The notes beneath the pieces were generated by a model. That model was not told the origin of the DNA and ran no database searches. It was given only the letters and a program-made list of their open reading frames with translations. From positions 110,794,001 to 110,858,000 of the forward strand of contig OX597818.1 in the NCBI GenBank assembly GCA_951406725.2: DNA of 64,000 nucleotides, in the 5' to 3' direction. Below are positions 1-49,176 of the stretch, in pieces; the first letter of the stretch is position 1, and each line of letters opens with the position of its first letter. The position numbers were made by a program, and so were the translations under genes. This DNA comes from Octopus vulgaris (taxonomy: Eukaryota).

Positions 1-35980
<35,980 letters not shown>

Positions 35981-38900
35981 TTTGTTTTTTCTGCTTGCTC
36001 TTTTTTCTTTCTGTACTTATTCAGCTGTCTAATAATGCTGGAAAAGAAAGAAGAGAATAACTAAGATAAATGATGATGATGATGATGGGCAGTTCCCTCA
36101 TGCCTGCAAATCACAAGGGAGAGCAGCACATCCTCAATTGATTATGTAAACCAATCGTTGACCCCCCACACACACACACAGGACTTTCCGTCCTGCCTGC
36201 ATTAAGTAGTTTCAAAGTGAGAATCAGTTCACACAATCCAATCCCAGTTTTTAGACTCAAAGGTCTGACCACTGTGGCTCACCGAGCTAAGATGGTTGTG
36301 GTGGCCATCAAGCTGTGAGTTTCATGTTGGAATGACCATCATCTGGGTGAATCCCAAGACAGGGTTGGAGAACTCCACCAACCCTGGGATTGTCAGAAGG
36401 GTGTCAAAAAAAGGGCACCAGATTGCCTGAAGGACTCCACTCCTTAATTTGCTGCTATGGTTAACTTCCCTAATCTTATCCTTTCCAAAGACACTCACAG
36501 GGCAATGAGAATTAGATAAAACTACAGAAATCGACTCAATCACTTTTGGCAGATATATATGAAATAGCTTGAAAGAAGCAAACCCGAGACAGTGACCGTT
36601 TAACATCTGTCTTCCAACCCATGCTGTCATGGGTTGGACAGGTTGACAGGATTCAACGGGTCCAACGATTGCATTGTGTTTCAATGTCTGTTTGGGCATA
36701 GTTTCTACACCGAGCACTGCCCTTCCAAACACCAACCACTTTACAGAATGAAAGCAGCGGGGTATTTTTGTGGCACCTTGCTGCTCACTAGACTAGAAGA
36801 AACCCAAAGGAAGAGGAAATAGGCACCCAGAAAAACAAGGAATTTCTCCTTGTTCTAAGATGAATACCTGCTAAATCATCATCATCATCATCATTGTTTA
36901 ACATCCATTTTCCATGCAGCCATGGGTTGGACAGTTTGACTGGTGGCTGGCAAGCCAGGAGGCTGCACCAGGCTCCAATATGATCTGGCAAAATTTCTAC
37001 AGCTGGATGCCCTTCCTAACGCCAACCACTCTGAGAGACTAGTGGGTGCTTTTTAATAGAACAACTAATTTTCTTCCATGATCACTCGATATTTATTCTT
37101 AGAGTTATCTTAACACTAGTAATATATATTACAATCTTACTCAAAATAAATTTTCTTGATTAATAATTACTGAAAGCTAAAAAATTAAAACAATTTGAAC
37201 AATCAATCCTAGAATCATTTTATTATTCCTTGCCCTACCATCTCTAAAATTACTATATTTATTAGATAAATCTGCTTATCCTCTACTAACAGTTAAAGCA
37301 GGACAAATTATATTCAATGTTGACGAAATTGGAGTTTTCAGAAAGAAAGAAATGTCATTCCATACTTTCATATCTTTGTGAAGGAAAAAAAGGACGTTAC
37401 TCGGTTCAAGTGCGAAAAAGACCATTGAACCACAACAACACAGCAGTAATGCTTCAGAAGTGTTCAGACAGAGGCCAATACCGATTTATTATTCAGGAGC
37501 ATCAGGGCCCATGAAGGAAATATCAAAACTGTATCTGTTTGCGATTTGTGAATCAAACTGGAAAGCCAAGGTGACCTTGCACATCTGACATGAGGTTGAG
37601 GTAATGTTTAGTGCTGGCGGTGAATGAAAATGTCTTTCTGGAACTGCTTGTAAAAATTATTAACAACACACACAAACAATTAACAGAAGATTTATCTACA
37701 GCACATTATGTTCTATGTTGGTCTTTTGATGGAAGATTACAGCAACAATTCATACACACCAGAAGAGACGTGTTGGACAATTTAACTGGTGTATAGTAAT
37801 GTGTGTATAATACTGTGTGGCTGTCTCACCACAACTAGAAAACAAACACACCATACTCACAACGACAAAATCTGCCTTCTAAACAACCATGAGAATGGAG
37901 ATGTTGAGTGACAGCCTCAACATTCTGGAGTTGCTATCAAAAGACCACCTTTATATAGGGCTTAATGAGTAAGTTCTAGAAAGCTGAATCTTGCAATGGC
38001 TTGATGCTGACTGGTCAGTTAATTGGCCAATCATGCAAAACAACAGTGATCTCATCGTGTCTATCTAGTGATTTGGTTTCAAATCTGCTACACATCTAAT
38101 GGCAAGCAGTGAAAAGAACATAAGAGGAACATAAGCATGAGCCTACAGAATTAACGATAATTAATTCTACACACTACTTTTGAGAATCTTGACACTCTTC
38201 AGATCTGTATTCCTGTCAAAGTAATTTGCTACCACCAAACACCCTTCATAACTCCAACCCATAGACCAGGCTGTCGTTTCTAATACCAAGCCCAGCTTCC
38301 TCACAGTTTTGAACACACAACCAAGATAAATCATCTACCAGGGTGTTTTCTAAAAACAACTAAAACTACCCTTAAGGGCTTAGAATGACAGCAGCCTGCA
38401 ACACAGCAACTGGGAATTGCACAAACAGAGTTTTGAAGAAGTTATTGCCAGAAACATGACCCCGGGAATTTTATCAACAGATTATGCCAATAATCAACAA
38501 TGACATCAATGAGCTGATCAGAGTGTAAGAATTTTTATATGAAAAACTGCAAGTATCAGCACAGCAGTTTATCCAAAATGAATCTGCAAGAAATGATTCT
38601 TACTAGAGAATTCAGGAGTAAATAGCATCACCGAGATTGCAGGAGTAATGGACTACTGGGGTTGTACAGGCAAAGAGAGGTGTTCTGAACACAGTAGCCT
38701 GTTAGTATAGACAGCTTCATGAGAGACGAGGGAAGAAACTGCATACAGCATTAGATGAATTCTTTGTAAAGCATTGTTGAGAAAGAACCACACCCTGGCC
38801 CTTCATCCAAGACATCTTCTGCCCTATTTCCATTGCTGCGTTTCAACTGAATTAAGCTCTTAGTGTTCATATTTCTCTGTGAAATAGAATGCTTGTTTAT

Positions 38901-39095
38901 CCACATTGTTTTCAATTAATCATACACTATATTGTAGCTTTGAGATCTTAATGATGTGACTGTTTATTTATATAATGACATTGAAGGATAGGTGTGAAAG
39001 GTTGGATCTGGTCAGTATGAACATAAAATGTGCAGAATACTCGGGCCAGATATGGACAGATTAAATGCTAAAGGGTTAATGGTAAGTAGGCCTGG

Positions 39096-39312
39096 CAAAA
39101 ATGTTAGCACGCCGGGCGAAATGCTTAGCGGTATTTCGTCTGCGTTACATTGTGAGTTCAAATTCCACCAAGGTCGACTTTGCCTTTCATCCTTTCGGAG
39201 TCGATAAATTAAGTACCAGTTATGCACTGGGGTTGATGTAATCGACTTAATACCTATGTCTGTCCTTGTTTGTCCCCTCTGTGTTTAGCCCCTTGTGGGT
39301 AATAAAGAAATA
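39096..39312 (+). mobile_element. Meta-domain SINE with 15-bp TSD (degraded copies ~1170-1255, 18300-18495, 31840-32070, 50340-50485, 51760-51905, 63220-63365)
   Basis: Same consensus; ggtaagtaggcctgg occurs at 39081 and again at 39313. Confidence 0.85.
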
Positions 39313-39859
39313 GGTAAGTAGGCCTGGATATATGAGATTAAAATTTGTTTTCAAGAATTGGGCCTCACGGAGGTAAAGTGGCCAATGCCAGTGGCACATG
39401 AAAAGCTTCAAGTGTTGGGCCTCATGGAGGCAGTGACCCGAGACCTTTGGCATTGTGTCATGCTTGAGAAGAAGACCCATGAAGCCAAGTAGAATCACAG
39501 TTGTGGCAGATACCAGAGTCACGCAAATGGCACATAAAAGCACCCATTACACTCTTGGAGAAGTTGGCATTAGGAAGGGCATCCAGCCGTAGAAACCATG
39601 CCACATCAGACTAGAGTCTGGTGCAGCCTTCCAGCTTACCAGCCCTGGTGAAACTGTCCAACTCAAGCCAGCATGGACAACGGACATTGAATGATGATGA
39701 TGTTTCGTAATTCTATAACATTAAACATTAATTAACTAAAGTTTCTAACTTTTTTATAACTTTTGATTACGTGTAACATCATGTTGTTTGAGGTTATCTA
39801 AAGGTATTAATTGCTTGTCACATGAAATGCTTATCAACTTCATTTGAATTTGTATCTTT

Positions 39860-42800
39860 CATAAGGCGACAGGGACAGGCAAAGAATGCTACTGGAAGTC
39901 TGCAGCCGTAACCCTGCACACAGGTTGCCATAGCGATGGCTGTTTTTCACAGACCTGAGATAAATGGGTATTTTGATATCTTCTCAAGATGACAGAGCTG
40001 ACCCTCATTAGGTGCAGCACCGCTCTCGCCAATCTAAGGACAAGGGACTGAAAAGGAACCCTTATCAAAGCCTGCTCTAACTGAACTTGCCAGGCCATCA
40101 CTCCTGGTTGGTCACCAGTTGATGCAGCTGAAGAAACAGAGAAACTTATTAATCCAGACACAAGCAAAACACCAGGAAATCAATCCTCGGCTCATGAATT
40201 GTTATGGCACTACAAGACAGGGACAAGAGACCTGAGCACCGAACTGTTCTTATACCCAGAACACTAAGCAGATGCAACACTGACATAGCTGCACTGAGTG
40301 AGACAAGATTTGCAGGAGAGGGTCAGCGAGAGGAGTTTAGGGCAAGTTAAACAGTCTTCGAGACTGGTTAAGTTCAAAGAGAGAAGCAGCACTTTGTTCT
40401 GCAATCTCATCTTGCTAACAGACTCAACTCACTCAGGAAAGGAATTAATGACCGTTTCATGAGACTGTACCTTGAATTGGCAAATAACCACCAGCAAAAG
40501 TGCCTACACCCCAACCATGACCCACATGGAGGAATCTGAAGAAGCCTTCTGTTACATCATCATCATTAACATCATCAGTTTAACGTCTGTTTTCCATGCT
40601 GGCATGGGTTGGACGGTTTGACTGGGGTCTGGAAAGCCAGGAGTCTGCACCAGGCTCTAATCCGATCTGGCAATGTTTCTACATCTGGATGCTCTTCCTA
40701 ACGCCAACCACTCCGAGAGTGTAGTGGGTGCTTTTTACATGCCAACGGCACAGGGGCCAGGCATCAGCCACGTTTGGATGGTGCTTTTTACATGCCACCA
40801 GCACAGAAGCCAGTCAGGATGAGGGGAGTGGCATCGACCACGTTCAGATGGTGCTTTTTACATACCACCAGCATGGAGCTCACAACTACAATTTCCATTT
40901 GATTTGATTTTGATATTGCTGATATTGATGAACTAGACTCAATAGGTCTCCTCAAGCATGGCATGTCACCCTATGATCCAAGGTACTTGTGAGTAGGCTG
41001 GTTATGTGACACTAGTGTAAGTTACAGCTGTGGACTCCTTTTATTTGCCAGGTCTTCTCAGTCACAGCATACCTCCAGAGGTCTCAATCTTTTCTCATTG
41101 CCTCTGTGAGGCCCAACATTCGAAGGTCATGCTTCACCACCTCATCCCATGTCTTCCTGGGGCTTCCTCTACCCCGGATTCCTTCCACTGTTTGGGAGTG
41201 GCACTTCTTCACACAGCTCTCCTCATACATCCGTAGTACATGGCCGAGTAATTAGATGAGTGTCATACAAAGACAAGCTAATCCTCTTGGGGAACTCTAA
41301 TGCCCAAGATTATAAGAATGACTCTACATGGCAGTTTTAGAGAAATAATGACATTGGAATGGAAAACTCTAACGGTCACCTTCTGCTGGCAAAATGCACA
41401 AAAGATCAAACTAGTAATTACTAACAGTCTTCCAACAAGCACCGAACAACCTGGATGCATCCCAAACCAAAAGACTGGCATCTGATAGGCTCTGTGATTG
41501 CTCAGTAATTGGAGATGCAGGTTGTTGGTCAGAGCACAGAATAATCAGAAGTGTCATGCCCTTAAAGATAACAGCCAAACAAACTAGACTAGTGGTTCTT
41601 AAATGTGGTTCCCAGGGTCACATGCAGTCCTCAACCATCCTTACAGCAACCCTCAGCAGTCTTCCCTCTATAAATATGTTTCTTTAATCAACTTGTTTTA
41701 CTTTTCAGGCTGTGGTCCACTAAAACAATCCAGGCTTTGGATCTGGCCTGGATATTAAAGACATTGGGATCCACTAATCTAGACACAGACCAAACTTGTA
41801 AATAAGCTCAACATACCTGCACTCAAGATAAAGGAAAAGTGCACTGAACTAAGGCAGACCCTGGACAGCAGGTCACATGACATTTGGAGTACTGAACACA
41901 ACTGGAAGAGCAGATCTGGGACCTGTGTATGGTCTTTGTTGATTTAACAAAAGTCTTTGATACAGTAAACTGTGATACCCTCTGGAAAGACCTGCACAAG
42001 TGTGGGTTCCCCAAAAAGATGACCAGGGTGATAAGATCATTCCACAATTGCATGATGGCCTCCATGATGGAAGGTGGGTCGGCTTCTGTTACTTTTCCTA
42101 CAAAGAATGGAACCAAGCAGGGATGTGTAATGGCCCCTATCTTGTTTGCAATCTACTTTTCAGCCATGTTGACAAAGATGTGTGCCATCCAGTCCCAAAC
42201 TGGATGGCACCATTTTCAGTCAATAACATCTCAGTGCCAAAACCAAAAGTCAAGAAACAACTTCTGAGAAAGCTTCTATTTGCAGACAATTGTGCTTTCA
42301 CAGCATCTCTCTCTCTCTCTCTCTCCCCATCCAAGCATTAATTGACTGTTCTCTTTACGCTGGCAAATCTTTTGGCCAAACAATCAGCTTGAAGAAGACT
42401 GAAGTCTCACAGCAGCCACAACCTGTTATGGTAGACAGTACCCGTCTAAATGTGTATCCGAAATCTACTACCCAAGAAGCATCCTGTCAGAGAATGTTCA
42501 ACAGAGTAAAGAGATCACCCAGCATTGGTCTGAAGCAAACTCAGCAATCAACAGACTCCAGTACAGACTGAGGAGAGATCATGGCATCTGCCCGGCCACA
42601 AAGTTCAAAGCATACCAGGGAGCAGTGCTTACTGCTCTCTCCTATATTGATGTGAAGCATGGACACTCTACAAGCACCATATCAAATAGCTGAACTCATT
42701 CCATCTATAACGGAGAAAGAAGTAGCAAGCGATAAGATTTGGATAAGTTGACTAAGCAATGACTTATTCCTCTCGTTAGAATAATAAGATTGCCAAAGAA

Positions 42801-43790
42801 GAATGATGGTTATATTAGTCTGGAACAAGGATTTAAATGACTTCAGTTCTGCTGGGTCTGTTTATGTAGCTGTGGTCTGCTGTCTGTCGCAGCAATGATG
42901 AAGACCGAAGAAGGCTGGTTGAAGAAAGTTGTGAGACAGGCTGGATTTCTGGTTCATCAACACTGGTCCAGAGATGTACAGTATGGTCAATGGCTGCTAC
43001 CAAAGACCCAGAGATGCAGAATACAAGAGTTTTTATAACCTTCGGTAGGTTCCAGAAACAGAGTGGTCTTTCCTGCATTGAAAACAAACTGTTGCAAGCA
43101 CGCAACTGGACAGTTAAAAGCCAATGCATGCAACCAGTCTGGCAAGCCACTGGATCATGTGACTCAATGGAGAGAAAAGATCTGGTGAGCTCATTCGGTG
43201 GTATTTAATCTTAAACAACCAAACATATAAAAGCATTACACACTTCTGCTACACATCTCATCTGCCTTCATTTGGTTTGCAACATCAAGGACACAGTCCT
43301 CAACACAGAGATTCAAGCGAGACACATTTTAGGCATAGAATGCTTCCTTATCAAAGCACAACTGAGGTGGGTTGACCATGTGGTATGCAAGGAAGACACT
43401 CACTTACCTAAAGCCTTTCCTCTATGGTCAACTTAGCTCTGGTGCCAAGCGACAAGGCTGTCCATTGCTCCATGATAAAGACAATCTAAAGATCTACTTG
43501 AAAACCTTTTAAGATAAACCGTGAAAAGACAGGAATTGTTTGTGCTCAATAGAACTTGGTGGAGAAGCTCTTGCTACCAACTTGACTCTGACTTTTAAGG
43601 TGGTCAAGACCAACACCCAACACAGAGCCAGGTCCAGTCTGTCACCAAAGAAAGGAGACACCGACTGCAATATCTGCAGATAGATCTGCAAATCAGAGAT
43701 AAGCCTGAATTCCCCAATGAAACGACACAGCAAAACATCAGGCTGAAAACAATGCGTAGAAGCAATGAGAGTCCAATAAAAATAATAACA
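39860..43790 (+). mobile_element. Highly degraded RTE/BovB-like LINE, interrupted by younger insertions
   Basis: Remnants DIAALSETRFA (APE), VFVDLTKVFDTVN, GTKQGCVMAPILFAIYFSAML, LLFADNCA and QLRWVDHV, with many stops and frameshifts. Confidence 0.75.
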
Positions 43791-43948
43791 AGATTTATAG
43801 GAAGACTGTCTATCTACATGTATATATGTACATAATTCTCAGGCTATCGCTACCTCTTGTTGACAGGGAGCTCAATGTGCATTCTTTTAGTTTTTTTTAT
43901 GGTTTCAGTAGTAGGACTGCGGCCATGCTGGAGCACGTGTGTGTCTGC

Positions 43949-43990
<42 letters not shown>

Positions 43991-45595
43991 ATCTATAGAT
44001 AGATGTGTTTGTGTGTATATAATTATATCTATTAGTATATTTAGAATTAGTCTTCAGCTAGATAGACAGGTACCAAAAGAACCAAAGTTCCCTCCCGGAT
44101 TCTGTAGCATTTACATTCCCCGAGCTCTTGGACGGGATGCCGTCGCACGTAAAATGAAGTGATTTGCTCATGAACAGAACACATAGTCCAGTCCAAGAAT
44201 CGAAACAACTATCTTAGGATCACGAGTATAAAACCCTAACCTCACACATACACTGTATATATACACATACACACACACACACACACGTGTGTGTACGAGA
44301 GAGGAAGGTAAACGGGGGCGGCTCACTTTGTGTAGGTATGCTATATTACATAGATACAAATGTTTCTCTAGCCATGTTTTTACCATAAAACCCGACAGAA
44401 CAACTTACGACTAACATCTGACGGCTGACAAATAAATACCGAGACACGAAAGCAAGGTGGAACTAAAACTCAGGTGAGCCGTCCATTCGATATGGACTTA
44501 AATGGGGAAAATAGAATAGATTTCTCGTAACACCATAAAAATGTCTTTTAAATAATCATCACAGGGTGGGAGACATATATAAATCACTATTTATATTCCC
44601 AAAGTAAATGTTCTAAACGAAAAAGGAACTGAAAATCGAAGCCAGGTGTAAACGTCATCTGATATCTGCACAGACTTTGCCTACCTGCTTTTTTGTTCAT
44701 TATTAGTAAACACTTAGTGAAGAACCTAGTGTATCCCATATCTTATAATTGCATGTACAAATCATTTTATCATATTAATTTTTTTAATATTTTTTAGAGA
44801 GAGAGAGAGAAAACTGCGTGTTGAAATAATGAAATATTCGTGTTGTTTATCATCATCTCAAGAATTAAAAGAGGGATTGTCATGTTTTGTATCACCCAGA
44901 TGTGTGTAGTGTGTATATATATAGGACAAGCCTTGGTGTGAATAATGACTAACATTATACGGCAAAATAGGAGATATCACGAGACGATATATATATATAT
45001 ATATATATGATATACACACACAAGACATTCCTTTCTCCACTGTCAGTAGTCATCTACTATATTTATTCGTGTGTGTATACTCTACGGGCCTATCTTGTAC
45101 GAGTATATATATATTTATATATATATACATATATATATATGCGTACATTCATACAGACACAAACATGATATACACATAAATACCTACGTGTGTGCACGCA
45201 CGAGCATACCCACACACTGGGGTGTAAAATTTACGATTGATATTGATTGTAAGTCCAATAATTAGAGAAATTAATGAAGGTAGGAAGTTCTCAAACCGTT
45301 CAGACATTCTTCACAAATAAACTGGCTACAGTTAAACAGATTCTTTACATACTTGCATGCATATATATAGAGAGAGAGAGAGTGGGTGAGTGAGAAATAG
45401 ATATAGAATAATATGTGCGAGGCATTCCATAATATGTGGTGTAAGTGGTTAACAAGTGGGATTCGATGGTGTTGGAACTAAGTTAGAAAACAAACTCAAC
45501 CACGATTTAAAGGTCTACACAGAGAGAGAAACAAACCGAGTTATATTATTAATGCGTTGTTATCATTCTTTTTTGCCTTCAAAGAATCTACTCAC

Positions 45596-45960
45596 CTTAA
45601 AAGACATGTTTTGTTGCTATTACATTCAAAATAAATAATATATGAAGGAATACAGGAACGACATTCGGTTAAGCTCCGAACATTGTCAATGGATTTACTC
45701 CATCACGCCTTTCTAACGTGATGCACACATACCCGGGATTTTCGCTTCTTTCACTCTCTTCTTGTTTTCGCTAAATTCCTAACATACTCTCACTCACACT
45801 ATCACTTGCTTTCGCCCACTCACTCACACTTGTCCTCCTCGCTCTCACTCATCCTCCTCGCACTCGTGTTTCTCTTACACGCGGTTCTAGCGCACCGACA
45901 TTCTACCCCCACCCTGCAAATTACTTTCCGTTTCTCCTAAATATTTTTCTCCCTTAAATT
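45596..45960 (-). promoter_or_regulatory. Candidate SCYL2 non-coding first exon and promoter
   Basis: Perfect AAG|GTGAGT donor on the minus strand (exon end 45596) next to a non-repetitive, locally CpG-enriched block. The ATG exon has an acceptor and needs an upstream donor. The 5' boundary is unknown. Confidence 0.45.
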
Positions 45961-46043
45961 TTCTCTTCCTTTTTAATATTAATTAGTCAATACCGCACAC
46001 ATTTCAGCGATTATGTATCTTTACACATACACACATACATAGG

Positions 46044-46262
46044 TGGGGTGGTGGAAAGTTCCTGGTTTTGGATAAAAAATTAAAAAAATTCGGGAGGATC
46101 AGTGAATTATGATTTTATTCAACATATTCCCCTCTCAGATTCACACACATATTGTAGTGGTCCTTCTGTTTTTCTAAGCCCTGTAAAAGAACTTGGAATG
46201 TTGGGCCTCTCACCTAGCCTTTCGCGACACCCATAAAGCCAGGAACTGTTCAGCACCCTTGT
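46044..46262. mobile_element. Mariner-type MITE
   Basis: TIRs gggtggtggaaagttcctggtttt / aaagccaggaactgttcagcaccc. Confidence 0.7.
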
Positions 46263-46300
46263 GCTTCTTTTTCAGATATATGTTCTACCGACGATCGATT

Positions 46301-46375
<75 letters not shown>

Positions 46376-46639
46376 AGGTTTGGAGATGATGTACAGGTAT
46401 TATATATTAGAAGAAATGAGGTAATCAGAAGATCGGATAGTTCATATTTACAGATATTTATTTATATATTACATTTTTTACATATATATATCATATCATT
46501 CAGATCATTAGCGCTTTCTCCCATTCTAGTGGGGTTTTCAAATCAAAATAATTCCTTTGTGGGGAATTTTAATTATTTTATAGAGTTTCGTAGTGGTGGG
46601 GAGGAACAAGACAGCACACTTCCCCCTCATCCACTTCAT

Positions 46640-46707
<68 letters not shown>

Positions 46708-47399
46708 CAAATCGGAAAGAAGCACATTCTAAGATATAGAGCATTGTATATTAAAAATGTGGACGACCGGTTTATGGAATTACCTTAGGTTTCCCGTCCA
46801 TAAACAGTTTAGCTTTATGGCGTATCGTCAGATCCCAAAAACCTGTTGGGCCAAGTTACGGGGACGTAAACACACCAGCATCGGTTGTCAAGCGATGGTG
46901 GAGGGGACAAATACAGACACATATATATTATGTTTCTTAAATGGCTTACAAACACCTTGCACGCTGCAATTGTTTTCGTTTCAGCACACGATCTCAGATC
47001 AAATCACTTGCTATGCAAGTACATCTCCGTAATATATATATATATATTGCAAAAAACTGCATGCAACTGAACTCTCAATCTTGGGGTTTGTAGCGCTCTT
47101 AACCATTATGCCAACGGGCATATGTATATTAATGGTTACGACGCGGATTATGGAATTTCCTTAGGTTCCGTTCCATAAACAGTGCTTTGAGCTTTATGGC
47201 GATATCGTAACATCATCCAAAAATACCTTAGGAATGAAGTTACCCAGGGTTGACGTTCAAAATTCCACCAGGACACTTGATGAAGCGATGGTGGAGGGAT
47301 AAATACAGACACATATATATTATTTACATTGGACATATCCATCCAATGGAAATAATGTACAGAATTCTTTAACTCTAAAATATAGAACACACCTGGGTT

Positions 47400-47444
<45 letters not shown>

Positions 47445-47878
47445 AGATAGGGGTTGAAAATTCAACCCACCATGGGATAATATATATCCAATATACTGCT
47501 AGATAGGTAACCATTATGCCAAAATTAATACATAGATGGTTAAAAAATTGTCAAACCAAGATTTCGAGTTCAGTTCCATGCAGTGCTTTGAATAAATAAT
47601 AACGATAATAATAACATCATCCAAAAATACCTTAGGAATGAGAACCCAGGGAAACATTGGATGATACTCAATCCATACTTTAATACACCAGGACACTTGA
47701 GTAAGGCAATAGATAAATGAAATGAGAATACGTAATAGTAAAAAGATAAAGAGATATCCATCCAATTTTCAAATATAATATACGAAAATTTTTTATATCT
47801 CTTTAAAATCTCATTTCATTTTATACACACACACACACAATGGTGTATTATATATATATATATTTATATAATTTTGTA

Positions 47879-47925
<47 letters not shown>

Positions 47926-47951
47926 CATACATACATACATACATACATACA

Positions 47952-47983
<32 letters not shown>

Positions 47984-48871
47984 CGGCGGGCTTCTTTCAG
48001 TTTCCGTTTACCAAATCCACTAACAAGGCTTTGGTCGACCCCGAGAAGACACTTGCCCAAGATGCCATGAAGTGGGACTGAACCCGGAACCATGATGATG
48101 ATGATATATGCACACACATACATACAAAATCACCCGACCATACCTTTGTGTGGTAAGAACATTCACCATCCCCGTCTATCACCATCATCAACTGAACCAG
48201 CATCAACACTAGAACGAGTACAACCACTGCCATTAGCAACCCATCAACTCTTGAATAACCAGTCATTTGTGATAAAGTGGTACTCAAATGGAGTGGTTCC
48301 CAAAGTGGGTGGTATTTCCCCCTCCCTCGGGGTGGAAAGTTCCAAGGGGGCATTGAAAAAAAGTAGAGCGATAATGGTGTAGCGATTCATGTGAAAACAA
48401 CAAAATAATGGGTTTATTAGGTTAAGATTTATTTGTGAAATACAGTGGCTTTGAATTTGCTTCAGAACGAAGTTTATGTTTGTGATGGTTAGTTGGGGTG
48501 GGGGGTCACTAGGAATGTAGCCTGGGTGTCAGGAGGGTGGAAGTCAGGAAGAACTTTGGCAACCAGTGTATTAACCGATCAATCAGCGAGAAGCAGTAAT
48601 GTAGTCTAGTTTACTCGAACCGTCAAGAATTTGACCTGCAGTCCCCTATAAAAACCGTTTAGTGCGCATTCTTACCAGCTTGACGAGCCGGGAAGGCAGC
48701 TAAGATAGATGACAGGAACCTCCGTCGCTATAATATAGCACAATTGCTTCCTGTTATGTTGAGCAAGCTGCATATTCCTGTATTAGTGTGTGTAATCATC
48801 AATCACTTTGGACCACTTCTCATACCTGAGACGATTATTGTAGTTATCACCCCAAACACCAGTATATAATA

Positions 48872-49176
48872 CTAGCAATATCGCCCGGCGTTGCTCGGGT
48901 TTGTAAGGGAAATAACTATATAAGCATTTTTAGAGAGTTACTTCCCTTATATAACCCGAGCAAAAATCATTAAAAATGCGGAAAAATGATGGTAATTTTT
49001 TTTAAATCGTAGACTCATCGTAGACGCGCGCTAATACCCAGAAGGGCTCGATATGAATGACGACTATAAGATACCCGCTTTTGGTTAAACTGCACCGCAA
49101 AATGTGGGAGTAGTTAGGAATCTAAATCGGAGGAGACAGAGTCTCACACACACAACTTCAATTTTATATATAAAGA
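48872..49176 (-). mobile_element. Non-autonomous Helitron
   Basis: On the minus strand: A|TCTTTATATATAAAA ... CCCGAGCAACGCCGGG hairpin ... CTAG|T, with no TSD. Confidence 0.85.

Noticed and set aside
37230-38850. Possible ancient minus-strand LINE
   Set aside because: Only faint motif hints; too degraded to call without alignment.
48676-48715. TTGACGA-GCC...GGC hammerhead-like start
   Set aside because: No GAAA box after the stem and no stem I or III.
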